A stretch of DNA of 64,000 bases from positions 134-64,133 of the IMG/VR virus record IMGVR_UViG_3300023311_000098. One strand, 5' to 3'. This document shows positions 45,361-55,566 of this stretch, in pieces. The notes below the pieces were generated by a model that made no database searches, was not told where the DNA came from, and saw only the letters and a program-made list of their open reading frames with translations. Each line of letters starts with the position of its first letter. The first letter of the stretch is position 1. The position numbers and the translations under genes were made by a program. The DNA comes from a virus.

Positions 45361-45823
45361 GTTTCCACGCTTCCTGTATCGTCAATCTAACCGCGCTTCC
45401 GACCGCTTGTTTCAACATCTCCATCGCCACCGGTCTGACTGCCTCGTTTGCTGGGTGCATATAAGGACGCGCTCCAACGCCGGGATGAGAAACGTGCTGA
45501 GTTATAACCCATGGATTACCATATCCATGCGTACCAAGAAACGCCAATGCGTTTGCATTCTTTGGAACAATATCATACGTTTCTCCGGTTGGCCCATGAA
45601 TACCAGAACCGCGTTCAAAAGCAAGTGCTTCCGGGGCCGAGTTTCCGATGGTAATCATCATTCCATCTGAAAGTTCGGTTACTTCACTCAGATGGAAAGA
45701 ACTTGAAATGTGTTTAGACCAGGATGATAAAGAGATGGCTTTTTCCATTATCATACTGGCGATCTGAATGAGAACCCCGCGTTCTTGAGCGCGTAAAGCG
45801 GCAACCGCATCACTGGATGCCAT
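45353..45823 (-). CDS. HK97 gp10-like neck protein
   Basis: A.AFERGSG...IVPKNANALAF...VSHPG..ARPYM.PA. Confidence 0.8.
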   Translation of the reverse strand: MASSDAVAALRAQERGVLIQIASMIMEKAISLSSWSKHISSSFHLSEVTELSDGMMITIGNSAPEALAFERGSGIHGPTGETYDIVPKNANALAFLGTHGYGNPWVITQHVSHPGVGARPYMHPANEAVRPVAMEMLKQAVGSAVRLTIQEAWKRE

Positions 45824-46202
45824 GGGCGATTACACTCCGCTTGCAGGATACCAAAAGGATACCTCTCTTGTCATTGGGATGATAGCCTTCGCGCATAGGG
45901 GAAATGACACGGAAGTATTTGTGATAATCTTGGTTATTGGGAGGATTAGTGATTTCCAGTTCGTCATTCTCTCTCACGTCGATTGTGGCGGGGTAGAGTT
46001 CAAAAAGATTATATCTACCAGACTCCAATCCCTGTTCACCCTCTGCAAGGATTGGAATTCTGCGGATGTGAACAAGATGGTCTATCCGGCGTCCTTGAAT
46101 GTTCTGGTAAATAGAAGTACCAGACGGGACACTGCCCCCCACATCGTCATCAATATAGGTAAACCGAAAAACCTCTACCCTAAGATTGAATCCGGCAGGC
46201 AT
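45810..46202 (-). CDS. head closure protein
   Basis: DDDVGG, DVREND.L; synteny. Confidence 0.7.
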   Translation of the reverse strand: MPAGFNLRVEVFRFTYIDDDVGGSVPSGTSIYQNIQGRRIDHLVHIRRIPILAEGEQGLESGRYNLFELYPATIDVRENDELEITNPPNNQDYHKYFRVISPMREGYHPNDKRGILLVSCKRSVIAHGIQ

Positions 46203-46900
46203 TACCGCCTCATCCTTCCGATGGCCCTCGCTCTAAGGTTAGCGACAAGCCTAGTTATTTGCTGGCTCACGGGGCTTGCCCCGAACACAGATTGTCCCAA
46301 TGGGGTTCTATGCTCAGAATAGAGTTCGTTTGAAAAACTTTGTATCCCAATTCCTCCGGGTGCTTCGTTGGAAAGAAATCCATCCGTACTCATCTCATTC
46401 AGAACAAGTTGCGCCGCCATGGCAAGACACCAGAGCATATCCGGTTGCGTAGAAGTTCCTGTAGGAAGTCCGGCATTATAGGTCACTAAAATACTGTAAG
46501 GCTGTAAGGAAGCGAGAGGATAGGCCGTAGAAGATATTTGAAACAACAGCGGCCCCGATTGAATATCTACAATACCGTATTTGGCGTCACGAATAAATAC
46601 TGCCCTCGCCATTTCATTCGCGCTGTAGACATAGGTGGTGTTCAAGTTGGTCTGAACAGAAACACCGTAAATTGCGTTGATGTATCCCCAGTCCATCTCG
46701 AAGGGATTTCCCGCGTTCCAGTTATACGACCCGCTAACGTCCGTGGGTTGTAATAGTGTATTGATATGGGAGGACATCTCTTTCTCTGCTATGAAATAAG
46801 CCGCGGCGCGAGAAAAAGATGTCGAAGTTCCGGTTTGTCCACCATAATTGGTGAAAACCGTATCGGTCAGGTAAAGCGCATTATTAAATGGATAGTTCAT
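46202..46900 (-). CDS. head-tail adaptor protein
   Basis: VTYNAG...A.LV...IQSFS; synteny. Confidence 0.7.
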   Translation of the reverse strand: MNYPFNNALYLTDTVFTNYGGQTGTSTSFSRAAAYFIAEKEMSSHINTLLQPTDVSGSYNWNAGNPFEMDWGYINAIYGVSVQTNLNTTYVYSANEMARAVFIRDAKYGIVDIQSGPLLFQISSTAYPLASLQPYSILVTYNAGLPTGTSTQPDMLWCLAMAAQLVLNEMSTDGFLSNEAPGGIGIQSFSNELYSEHRTPLGQSVFGASPVSQQITRLVANLRARAIGRMRR

Positions 46901-46964
46901 TTATTTCCTTCGTTCAACAGGTCGTTCACCGTGCAGTAGATCTGTGCAGCCGTCACCGAATTTG

Positions 46965-47111
46965 TCATATTTTGCCTGATTTCTTTTCCATCAATTGTTC
47001 CGTTGATTGATCGGCAAATCGTTTTTCTTCTTCCAGCGCACATCGCAGGCATTTATCGCCTGCCCAATAATCATCATCGTCTACATCAAAACCACAAACA
47101 GGACATTTCAT
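46965..47111 (-). CDS. small zinc-finger protein (48 aa)
   Basis: MKCPVCG...KCLRC; GGAG SD. Confidence 0.6.
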   Translation of the reverse strand: MKCPVCGFDVDDDDYWAGDKCLRCALEEEKRFADQSTEQLMEKKSGKI

Positions 47112-47124
47112 CATTACGCTCCAT

Positions 47125-48246
47125 TCATAGGTTGTTTGAGGACGTACCGTTGGTTATGCCGTATTGCGCACCTCGAGCATTGGCAACGATATTATCCGAG
47201 AACGATAATCCAGTTCCAGTTCCGCCAGAATAAATACCAAGCCAGCAATTATTAATTTGGTTGGCAGAGATAACACCATTGGCGGCATCTCCCTCTACGG
47301 AAATTGCCGACGGTCCATCGGCGGTATCGGTATCATTTATCATATTTTCCGATACGACAAATCCATCTACGCCTGCACCAACACTAATTCCTGTACCATA
47401 CGAACCAGCACCAAGCGTCTGGTCAATGATGTTCCCGTTCACCACCACGTTTTTACACGTTCCACCACTCTTTATATTGATGGCCCTGTTCGGACAACTT
47501 CTCATGATATTGCCAGAGATAATTAGATTGGTTAGATTTCTTGCATCATCGGGTGAGGATGCAATTCCGATACTGTCACCATTTGACTTGTTGAGGGAAA
47601 CAATCACTCCATCCTGGTTTATCAATCCACCTACTGTCGGTAGAACCTCAATTCCCGCCAGCCCGTTATTTCTGGTGCGGTTATGGGTAATCTCAATATC
47701 TGAACCCCAAACCTCGAACCCATCTACGGCGTTTGCTTTGGAGATACAGTCATGCGCTGAGTGTCCGCTACCCCGGAGCAATACCCCACTCCAGCCCGCC
47801 CCATCCAACCAGCAATTCGAGAGCTTGCAATCTACGGAATTTATTCCAAATAAAATATTATGCGTAATTGTTCCAATCCCCGTCGGTGTCCATCCGCCTG
47901 AAACCCTAAGTAAATCTATAACAACATTTTCTCCCGGAGCATAAATCATTCCCGAAACAAACGTAGTAATTACCGTCTCATCTGATATGTGAGTAAAACC
48001 TTGATTAGCCCATGATACAATCTGAGAACTATAGCCGTCTCCGAACAATCTAAAATTGGACGGCAGAACCAGCGGAGCCGGGCCAATTACATGTATTCCT
48101 GGAACGTACAATTGTCCGCCACTTGGCATGGCGGCCACGGCATGATAAATATCGGCGTAATCTCGTACATCCAAAACGCGAGTAGCCAAAATATTATGGT
48201 CACTCAAATGTCCGGTATCGCCTGTTACATGCGTGCTTGATAACAT
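47125..48246 (-). CDS. right-handed beta-helix (pectin-lyase-like) protein
   Basis: LDVRDY, LFGDG, repeated IxxNxI...GI units. Confidence 0.85.
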   Translation of the reverse strand: MLSSTHVTGDTGHLSDHNILATRVLDVRDYADIYHAVAAMPSGGQLYVPGIHVIGPAPLVLPSNFRLFGDGYSSQIVSWANQGFTHISDETVITTFVSGMIYAPGENVVIDLLRVSGGWTPTGIGTITHNILFGINSVDCKLSNCWLDGAGWSGVLLRGSGHSAHDCISKANAVDGFEVWGSDIEITHNRTRNNGLAGIEVLPTVGGLINQDGVIVSLNKSNGDSIGIASSPDDARNLTNLIISGNIMRSCPNRAINIKSGGTCKNVVVNGNIIDQTLGAGSYGTGISVGAGVDGFVVSENMINDTDTADGPSAISVEGDAANGVISANQINNCWLGIYSGGTGTGLSFSDNIVANARGAQYGITNGTSSNNL

Positions 48247-48298
48247 TAATATGAGTCTCCGTACTTGTCTGTGTAAGCGTATGACTGGTCGCCACCGA

Positions 48299-49027
48299 CT
48301 AAGGGTTTATATAAAACCCTTTGGTAGTATTGTATAACGCCAATACTGCCGCATCCGAGGGGGCGATGTTATACAGACCTAAAACTCCCATATTTCCAAC
48401 CATTCCTGACGCGCCGCCATTCCATGAACCGACTTCGATTGCTCCAGTTCCGTCAGGAAGAGAAGCGGGAATAGTGGTTGTATTGTTTGCCTTAGTGGTA
48501 TTTATCCAGTTTGAAACGCTGGTTGAAGGGATATAACGACCCGCTACAAATGTCCATCCGGTCGTAAAAGCACCCAGAGACGCGATGCCAATTAGACTTG
48601 CGGAAGTGCCTAGTGCGGTTACAGTCCATTGCAACAAACCCGTATTGGTACGATACAAAGCGTAGCAACGCTGGTCGCCTGCCGAAGTCCATTTGGCTAG
48701 ATAGGTTTCCTGCGCAGCGGCATTTCCATCGTGGTTTATCCAACCCGCAATAAACAGCGCGCCAGTGATTGAGTTCCACACATCGTCAGCCGCGTTCCAG
48801 TAGGCCGCCGCCAGTTTGTGAGAGTACAACCCACCGCCAACCGCTTGACCGAATGTCACGCTGCCATGTTGGGCGAGATTGTGCGCATTGCCGGAGATGT
48901 CCAGTAGAGCGGCGTTGTTTTGCATCGGCCATAATGCAACCAGACCAGGTAATGCTTTGAATGGTTGGTTAAAGGGAGCACTATTTCCCATCAGCAACAT
49001 TCTTCCCGGTGGGCTATTTATTCGCAT
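48299..49027 (-). CDS. LamG/concanavalin A-like virion protein
   Basis: LVALWPM, DISGN, GWTFVAG, V.ALY. Confidence 0.8.
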   Translation of the reverse strand: MRINSPPGRMLLMGNSAPFNQPFKALPGLVALWPMQNNAALLDISGNAHNLAQHGSVTFGQAVGGGLYSHKLAAAYWNAADDVWNSITGALFIAGWINHDGNAAAQETYLAKWTSAGDQRCYALYRTNTGLLQWTVTALGTSASLIGIASLGAFTTGWTFVAGRYIPSTSVSNWINTTKANNTTTIPASLPDGTGAIEVGSWNGGASGMVGNMGVLGLYNIAPSDAAVLALYNTTKGFYINP

Positions 49028-49073
49028 GGTCGCCTCTCAATAAATGGCTTATTTGATTGGGTATGGCCATCCT

Positions 49074-50069
49074 CTAATCCTGTGCGGAACCCAGTTTGAT
49101 TGCAATATTTCCGGTAGCATAGGCCGGAGAACCGCGCGTTACATAGCATCCAAAGACAGATGTACCTCCAGCGGAACATTTATAGGGTCCGACATAATCA
49201 GGATGTCCCTGAGAAATACTTGAGACTCCACTTGTGTAGTAAGTGCTGAATGGGATTATGGCAATCAAGTGTGACATATCTGCCGCGCTCAAAGTCCACG
49301 CTGCCGAGTCTGCGGGAGGAGTTATGGTCTGGTCGAACAGCCACAATTCACCAGAAATACCCTGTTTGGCATAATCAAAGAGAGTTGCGCCCGGAAGATA
49401 GAACGTGCCTCCGGCATTACGGGCTACATTGACGAACTCCATTGGTACACCAGAGACTCCCACGTAATCTCCGGTGACATAGCTCGATCCGGTTGTCAAG
49501 GATAACGTAACTGGGGGTACGGCCGAGAAGCCTCCTACCAGACCCGAGATGGTTGTTGGATGAGAGGCTACTGGACTTGAGTATCCGACAATCGTTACTG
49601 TTCCATAACCATAACTTGCTATACGAGCTTGGATAAAGGCAATTCCGGCTACACTAATGCGATAAATTCCGTCTACGGTAGTGGATACCGAGAGATTTCC
49701 CGCCACCCCAATTTGATGGGCCTGAATGGGGAAATAGTTAATCCCATTCTCTGAGGCATAGAAATTGACCGAGGTACCGCTTGCCATGGAGGGGCTGGAA
49801 ACAATCTGAAGCATGGCTACAGCTTGACCAGCCACATTCATGCTCGACCCCGTTGCATTTCCAGACACGGCGCTTTGCAGGTTGGTTGGCAAGGGCATTG
49901 TTGCGGCGTTTTCGGAAACTAACCACGGGTCGGTTCCCTTTGCGCCCTGAGCCACCTTTCCAATGGTAAGTCCGCTTGCGTCAATCTGGGCATCCACACC
50001 CAGTCTGAAAGTACCGTCCCCGTTAGGAACTAATGTGGCATCTGGGAAAGATTGAATTATAGGTGACAT
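49074..50069 (-). CDS. putative virion structural/decoration protein
   Basis: Ser/Gly/Thr-rich beta protein; AAGGAG SD. Confidence 0.6.
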   Translation of the reverse strand: MSPIIQSFPDATLVPNGDGTFRLGVDAQIDASGLTIGKVAQGAKGTDPWLVSENAATMPLPTNLQSAVSGNATGSSMNVAGQAVAMLQIVSSPSMASGTSVNFYASENGINYFPIQAHQIGVAGNLSVSTTVDGIYRISVAGIAFIQARIASYGYGTVTIVGYSSPVASHPTTISGLVGGFSAVPPVTLSLTTGSSYVTGDYVGVSGVPMEFVNVARNAGGTFYLPGATLFDYAKQGISGELWLFDQTITPPADSAAWTLSAADMSHLIAIIPFSTYYTSGVSSISQGHPDYVGPYKCSAGGTSVFGCYVTRGSPAYATGNIAIKLGSAQD

Positions 50070-50150
50070 AGAAAATCTCCTTTAGTAAACGCAATTCTGT
50101 GATATTATTATAAGGGTTTCGAGCGTCTAGTAGCAAGATGGAGAATAGCG

Positions 50151-50675
50151 ATGCTTGTTTCGGAATGGTTGGTGAGTAGATTGATCGAACTTGGAATCGA
50201 ACGCGTATACTGTTTGCCGGGCGGTTTTGTTCAGGAGGTCGTGGATAAACTCTCTCATTCAGAATTACAAGTAATCTGGTGTTTAGACGAAGCAAGCGCG
50301 GTGTGGGCAGCTATAGGAGATTCACAAATTACGGGACAATTAGGGGTGACGTGTACTACCGCCGGTCCGGGTTCTACTAATTTACTTACTGGAATTGCTT
50401 CGGCCTGGTGTGACAGTATTCCCATCCTATCTATCTGCGGGGAGATAAACACACCAGAATTAGAAGTAAAGAACAAGTACAATCTCCGTGAAGGTAGCGC
50501 GCAAGACGTGGATATGACAAGAGTGGCGCGTCCAATTACAAAATATGTGGAATGTGCTATGGGGGCGAATGTGGTAAAGTGGATATTCAATAATGCGGTA
50601 AAGTTTTCCTTGGAGGATAGGAGAGGGCCGGCGATGGTAATTATTCCACTTGACGTTCAGGGTGCAGAGATATGA
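50151..50675 (+). CDS. ThDP-dependent enzyme, N-terminal (PYR) part
   Basis: YCLPGG, DEASA, TAGPGSTN, AWCDSIP, RRGPA...PLDVQ. Confidence 0.9.
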   Translation: MLVSEWLVSRLIELGIERVYCLPGGFVQEVVDKLSHSELQVIWCLDEASAVWAAIGDSQITGQLGVTCTTAGPGSTNLLTGIASAWCDSIPILSICGEINTPELEVKNKYNLREGSAQDVDMTRVARPITKYVECAMGANVVKWIFNNAVKFSLEDRRGPAMVIIPLDVQGAEI

Positions 50676-51763
50676 GCGGAGTACCAGAACTGCTTGATAT
50701 GTGGTTGGGGTCTCAACGACCTATTATTTTATTAGGGGCCGGCGCAAGGAAAGCCTCTTCCGAGATAATTTCTTTCGCTGAGAAATGGCAAATTCCAATC
50801 TTGACGACATGGAATGCGATTGACTTAGTTGAATGGGAACATCCTCTCTTTATCGGCAGGCCGGGGATTGTGGCGACACGGGGGGCTAACTTCGCTTTAC
50901 AGGGCTGTGACTTGCTCCTATCCATTGGAGCGCGATTAGACCCCGGAACAATTGCTTTCAAATATGATAAGTTGTCCCCGAGGGCAAAAAAGATATTGGT
51001 AGATGTTGATTTGAGTGAGGCATTGAAGATACCGAATTTGGATCTGTTTATCCACCAAGACTCGCTTGCGTTCATCCAAGAACTGAGCAAACATGAATTC
51101 GGGTTATATCCAGACTGGTTAAAGAAATGCCAGGATTGGAAAGCAAAGTATGGGCCGGAAATGGATTCGACTACTTTTCAACTATGTAATACTTTGAGCG
51201 AAGTTTTATCTCCCGAGGACGTGATTGTGTTCGATACCGCGGGGAATGAGGGGGGAACAATATTTCCAGCCTTCTTCAAGCAGAAGAAGGGACAGAGGGT
51301 AATCTTATCCTCCTGTGGCCTTGGCTCAATGGGAGGGGGAATTCCGGTGGCCATCGGAGTGGCTTTGGCGAGTAAAAAGAGGGTTATTCTTATCGAGGGA
51401 GATGGGTCGTTCTGCCAGTGTATGCAAGAATTGGAAGTGGTGCGCCGTTTGAATTTGAACATCGTTATTTTTATCATCGAAAACGGAGGTTACGCATCAA
51501 CTCGGAATTCGGAGATGAGGGCGTTTGGGAGAACCGGAGAGGGTAGGACGTTCCCAAACATTCAGAATGTGGTTAGGGCGTTTGACATTAGTACGGTAAA
51601 TTTATATGACCAAGACCTTACTTGGTTTGACTGGTTGTCCAACACTAATGGGCCGTTTGTATATATTGTTAACGCCCCCCAAGAAGAGCCGATTTATCCA
51701 CGTGTTCTATTTGATGGTAAAGGACGTTTAGACCTGATGGCACCCTATGAGGACGAAAAATGA
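50672..51763 (+). CDS. ThDP-dependent enzyme, middle and C-terminal part (acetolactate synthase/YerE-like)
   Basis: RPIILLGAG, GSMG...AIG, GDGSF...ENGGY ThDP motif. Confidence 0.92.
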   Translation: MSGVPELLDMWLGSQRPIILLGAGARKASSEIISFAEKWQIPILTTWNAIDLVEWEHPLFIGRPGIVATRGANFALQGCDLLLSIGARLDPGTIAFKYDKLSPRAKKILVDVDLSEALKIPNLDLFIHQDSLAFIQELSKHEFGLYPDWLKKCQDWKAKYGPEMDSTTFQLCNTLSEVLSPEDVIVFDTAGNEGGTIFPAFFKQKKGQRVILSSCGLGSMGGGIPVAIGVALASKKRVILIEGDGSFCQCMQELEVVRRLNLNIVIFIIENGGYASTRNSEMRAFGRTGEGRTFPNIQNVVRAFDISTVNLYDQDLTWFDWLSNTNGPFVYIVNAPQEEPIYPRVLFDGKGRLDLMAPYEDEK

Positions 51764-52728
51764 AGATACTTATGACCGGACATGATGGTTATATCGGAAG
51801 TGTAATGAAGCCCATGTTGGAAAAGGCGGGGCATGAAGTTATGGGGGTAGACCAATGTTATTTTTCAGATAATAGATTAAGGGGAGAGTTGCGGGATGTT
51901 ATTTTCGGAGGTTGTGATGCAGTTGTTCATCTTGCCGGTCTGTCGAATGACCCGATGGGAGAACTTAATCCGACTCTTACTGCTAAAATAAACCATGAGG
52001 CAACCGCAAGACTTGCATATTTGGCATGGGAAAAAGATGTAAGGCGTTTTCTTTTTTCTTCATCGTGTAGCGTTTATGGTTGCTCAGATGGGATTGCTGA
52101 CGAGCAATCAGAACTTCATCCTCTGACAGCCTATGCCACTTCTAAGGCGAAAGCTGAAGCGGATTTACTACACATTAGGAGCGATGATTTCAGTCCGGTC
52201 ATTCTCCGTAATGCCACCGCCTTCGGTTGGTCGCCCAACTTCCGCTCCGACCTCGTTCTGAATACCATGACCTGCTCTGCTTATTCACAAGGAAAGGTCA
52301 ATATCGTTGGAGATGGAACACAATGGAGGCCGCTGGTTCATGTCCAAGATTTATGTCAAGCGTTCTTACTTGCCCTCGAAGCGCCAAGAGAGAAGGTTCA
52401 TAACCAGATATTCAATATTGGAACAAGGAACTATCGGGTGAAGGCAATTGCCGGGGCTGTGGCAGAGTCGTTTCCGAATTGTATCGTAACTAATTCAGAG
52501 ATGAGCGACATTGACCCGCGTAGTTATCAAGTGGACTTCTTGAAGGCGAAAAAGGTTTTAGGCTTTACTCCTTCTTGGAGTATATGGGATGGAATTGAAG
52601 AAATGAAATTCAAGTTTGACTATCTGCTGATGAAAGACTTCTCTGGCTATGTCAGACTTGCCAGACTAAAATACCTGATGGAAAGTGGTAAAATAGATAA
52701 AGACCTCAGATGGACAATGAAAGGATGA
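51760..52728 (+). CDS. NAD-dependent epimerase/dehydratase (extended SDR)
   Basis: TGHDGYIG, HLAGLSND, SSCSVYG, YATSK. Confidence 0.93.
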   Translation: MKILMTGHDGYIGSVMKPMLEKAGHEVMGVDQCYFSDNRLRGELRDVIFGGCDAVVHLAGLSNDPMGELNPTLTAKINHEATARLAYLAWEKDVRRFLFSSSCSVYGCSDGIADEQSELHPLTAYATSKAKAEADLLHIRSDDFSPVILRNATAFGWSPNFRSDLVLNTMTCSAYSQGKVNIVGDGTQWRPLVHVQDLCQAFLLALEAPREKVHNQIFNIGTRNYRVKAIAGAVAESFPNCIVTNSEMSDIDPRSYQVDFLKAKKVLGFTPSWSIWDGIEEMKFKFDYLLMKDFSGYVRLARLKYLMESGKIDKDLRWTMKG

Positions 52729-53019
52729 TGAGATGAGAAAACACAAATTAGATGAAACTGGTTTCTGTTATGGTTGTGCTGAGTATGTAGATAACATCAC
52801 AACAAAGTGTATACCAAAGACAGAACGGGAAATCAAAGAAAGATATGAAAGAAGTCAACAATACCAACAACAAGTTCTGAAACCGGCGTGGTGGCAATTT
52901 TGGAGAACGAATATTGGATAAGGATTTACGGTGAGTACATTCCTCTTAATGTTAATTGGGGTGGCTTCAATACTTGTCATTCTCTATATACTTGATTCAA
53001 TATTGCCTAAGGATGAAAA

Positions 53020-53736
53020 ATGAAACATATCAATGTATTAATGTCAGGGGCGACGGGGTATGTAGGTACCTGGATGAACAAAACCGCGCCAGATAATGTC
53101 AATGTCTTTGGAATGGGGAGTATTGCTTATCAAGAGAATTGGGAACATCTAAACTTCGACATAATTGTCCACCTCGCTCCAATATCTCCCTCGCGCGTCC
53201 TGAAATATGCCCAGAAGAATAAATGCAAGGTTCTCTTTGCTTCTTCAGGGGCGGTCTATGAAGGACGAGGAGAATACGCTTATCATAAGAGACTGTGGGA
53301 AGCGGAATGTGTTCATAGTAATGTGGATGTGGTTATCGCCCGTCTCTTTGCTACCTCAGGTTTACCATTCCAAAAGAACAAGGCTCTTTCCGTTTTCATC
53401 CAGAGCGCATTGGCGGGAAAGCCTATCGAAGTGTGGGGAGATGGATTGACGGTTAGAAGTTACCTTTATGGAGAAGAAGTCGCGACATGGTTCTGGAAGA
53501 TGTTATTGGATGGCGAAGGGGTTTATGATGTTGGTTCAATGCTACCTTATTCCATGGGAGAAGTCGCGAGAATGGTGTCTAAAATCATTCCTTCAAAAAT
53601 AGAATTCGTTGAACACGAGGAAACGCCAACCCCGAGATGTTATGTCCCAGAAAATGTACAACGCGCATTGGAGTTGGGTTGCAAAGAAACGATACCCCTG
53701 AAAGATTCTATAAAAAGGATGGCCAAAGATGCGTAA
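53020..53736 (+). CDS. NAD-dependent epimerase/reductase (SDR)
   Basis: SGATGYVG, ASSGAVY, YAYHK, GDG.TVRSYLY. Confidence 0.88.
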   Translation: MKHINVLMSGATGYVGTWMNKTAPDNVNVFGMGSIAYQENWEHLNFDIIVHLAPISPSRVLKYAQKNKCKVLFASSGAVYEGRGEYAYHKRLWEAECVHSNVDVVIARLFATSGLPFQKNKALSVFIQSALAGKPIEVWGDGLTVRSYLYGEEVATWFWKMLLDGEGVYDVGSMLPYSMGEVARMVSKIIPSKIEFVEHEETPTPRCYVPENVQRALELGCKETIPLKDSIKRMAKDA

Positions 53737-54736
53737 TTGCCCGACCTGTGGAAGTGATAAACGAATCGTCGCGTGGAGTATGGAATTCGTTGTTCCCGAT
53801 GGATGGGAACTGCCAATAAAGAATGACATCTGCCTGTGCGAATGTGGGATGATTTACTACTACAACGACAAGAACCAATCTGATTACGACAACTATTATC
53901 ATTACCGATACGACTCGGAACTTACTCTATCGGGTAAAGAAACCCATGACAGACTAGATGGTCTGATTGACTTCGTTATGGACACCGAGGAAAGGAAAGA
54001 TGCCCGGATTGTTGACTTCGGAGGAACCGAGGGATATGTCGAAAGACAGCTCCGCAAGTTCGGCTATGAAGATGTGACGACCGTGAATGTTGGCGATGAA
54101 CTTCCTGTCGGCATCGACCTATTGATCGCCTCTCACGTCCTCGAACATGTCTACGATATGAAGTCTGTCATGGATAAACTGACCTCACACCTAAACGGAA
54201 AGTTCATCATAGACATCCCCGATACAATTCAGATGGTCAGAATAAACACCCTGCCCATCATGGATTACTCACAGAAGCATATTAATCATTTCTCGACGCG
54301 TACCCTGAATGCCCTGCTTGCAAAATACGATTATTACCCAACGACCATTCACAACTATGTAGTCACGAGTCACGACTACCCGGCCTTTCGTATCCTCTAT
54401 GAAAAGCCGGATGAGGTAGGAACTTACTATCGGTCAAAGGAATGGTGTGACAGTAATATTGCTGCGAAAATCGAAAAGATGAAGAAGATTTCCGGACCCG
54501 TGGTTGTATGGGGGGTGGGAGATATTTGCCTTTTACTCCTAAAACAAGTTCCCCTGGATGTGGTTCATTATGTGGACATTGATCCGGCCTTCAAAGACCA
54601 GACCATCGGAGGAGTTCCGGTCTACGACCATTGTGAAAGCGATGCCCCCATTGTAGTTATCGCCCAGATGCAAAGAGAACTGGTGATTGATAGTATCCGA
54701 AAGGCTGGGCTAAAAAATAAAGTTATCGTGGTGTAA
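53729..54736 (+). CDS. SAM-dependent methyltransferase (sugar C-methyltransferase-like architecture)
   Basis: N-terminal CPTC..C.CG, DFGGTEG, HVLEH, HINHFS, C-terminal VVWGVG. Confidence 0.85.
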   Translation: MRNCPTCGSDKRIVAWSMEFVVPDGWELPIKNDICLCECGMIYYYNDKNQSDYDNYYHYRYDSELTLSGKETHDRLDGLIDFVMDTEERKDARIVDFGGTEGYVERQLRKFGYEDVTTVNVGDELPVGIDLLIASHVLEHVYDMKSVMDKLTSHLNGKFIIDIPDTIQMVRINTLPIMDYSQKHINHFSTRTLNALLAKYDYYPTTIHNYVVTSHDYPAFRILYEKPDEVGTYYRSKEWCDSNIAAKIEKMKKISGPVVVWGVGDICLLLLKQVPLDVVHYVDIDPAFKDQTIGGVPVYDHCESDAPIVVIAQMQRELVIDSIRKAGLKNKVIVV

Positions 54737-54738
54737 GA

Positions 54739-55566
54739 ATGAAAATGGCGTTCTGCATTTACGGCCAACCCAGAACATGGAGTTTTTGTTTCCCATCCCT
54801 AAAAAAACACTTATTGGACGTTTATCACCCCGACGTTTTTTTATGTACCGATGGGGAACAGGAACAGATGGAAAAAGCCTATCATCCAACGGCTATGGAG
54901 GCCATTTCCCCGGAAGAACAGATAAAGATTATTGGAAAGAGATTTGAGTGGTATGGGGATACACTTCCCAACCCTGGCCCCTACAAAGACCATCCCCTCA
55001 AACCTAAAGGGGATTTATTATTTCTCTACAAGGGCTGGCGTTGCCGGGAAATGCTGAGAGATTACGAGCAGAAACACGGTGCCTATGATATTGTTGTTAG
55101 CACCCGCTTCGATGCCAAGTTCCTTAAAATACAACCTATCAAGAAACCAAATAAGAATACCTTTTACATCCCTAGAGTGGATGCCTTTGGAAAGTCTGCC
55201 GACAATAATGGGATATTTTGGGGGATGGGATTGTGTACCCATATCTGGTGGGCAGATTCTCCTACCGCCTGTTTCATGCTTAACTCTTACAACTGGTCAG
55301 ATGATTACTATAAAGAGACTGGGAATTGGTGCGGGGAGGCAATGACCCAGTATATCTGCGCCAAGATGAAAATAGACGTGCAATACACCGACGTTACCTT
55401 CATGCTCATTCGGGGATCAAGCGAGAGACCTCTTGAGGGACTTCCGCCATGGCTGCCCCTGTCTGAAAAGGTACATCCTGAATATATGGCGCAAGAGTGG
55501 GAAAAGAAAAAGACAAACAAAAAGGCGGTCAAAGAACCGCCCCATGCTAAGGGATTTTTCTGGTAA
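54739..55566 (+). CDS. putative glycosyltransferase-like protein
   Basis: AFCIYGQPRT, YDIVVSTRFD; paralog of 59163..59903. Confidence 0.6.
   Translation: MKMAFCIYGQPRTWSFCFPSLKKHLLDVYHPDVFLCTDGEQEQMEKAYHPTAMEAISPEEQIKIIGKRFEWYGDTLPNPGPYKDHPLKPKGDLLFLYKGWRCREMLRDYEQKHGAYDIVVSTRFDAKFLKIQPIKKPNKNTFYIPRVDAFGKSADNNGIFWGMGLCTHIWWADSPTACFMLNSYNWSDDYYKETGNWCGEAMTQYICAKMKIDVQYTDVTFMLIRGSSERPLEGLPPWLPLSEKVHPEYMAQEWEKKKTNKKAVKEPPHAKGFFW

Noticed and set aside
50151-51763. ilvB as an amino-acid biosynthesis auxiliary gene
   Set aside because: No regulatory subunit or other ilv genes; context is entirely NDP-sugar metabolism.
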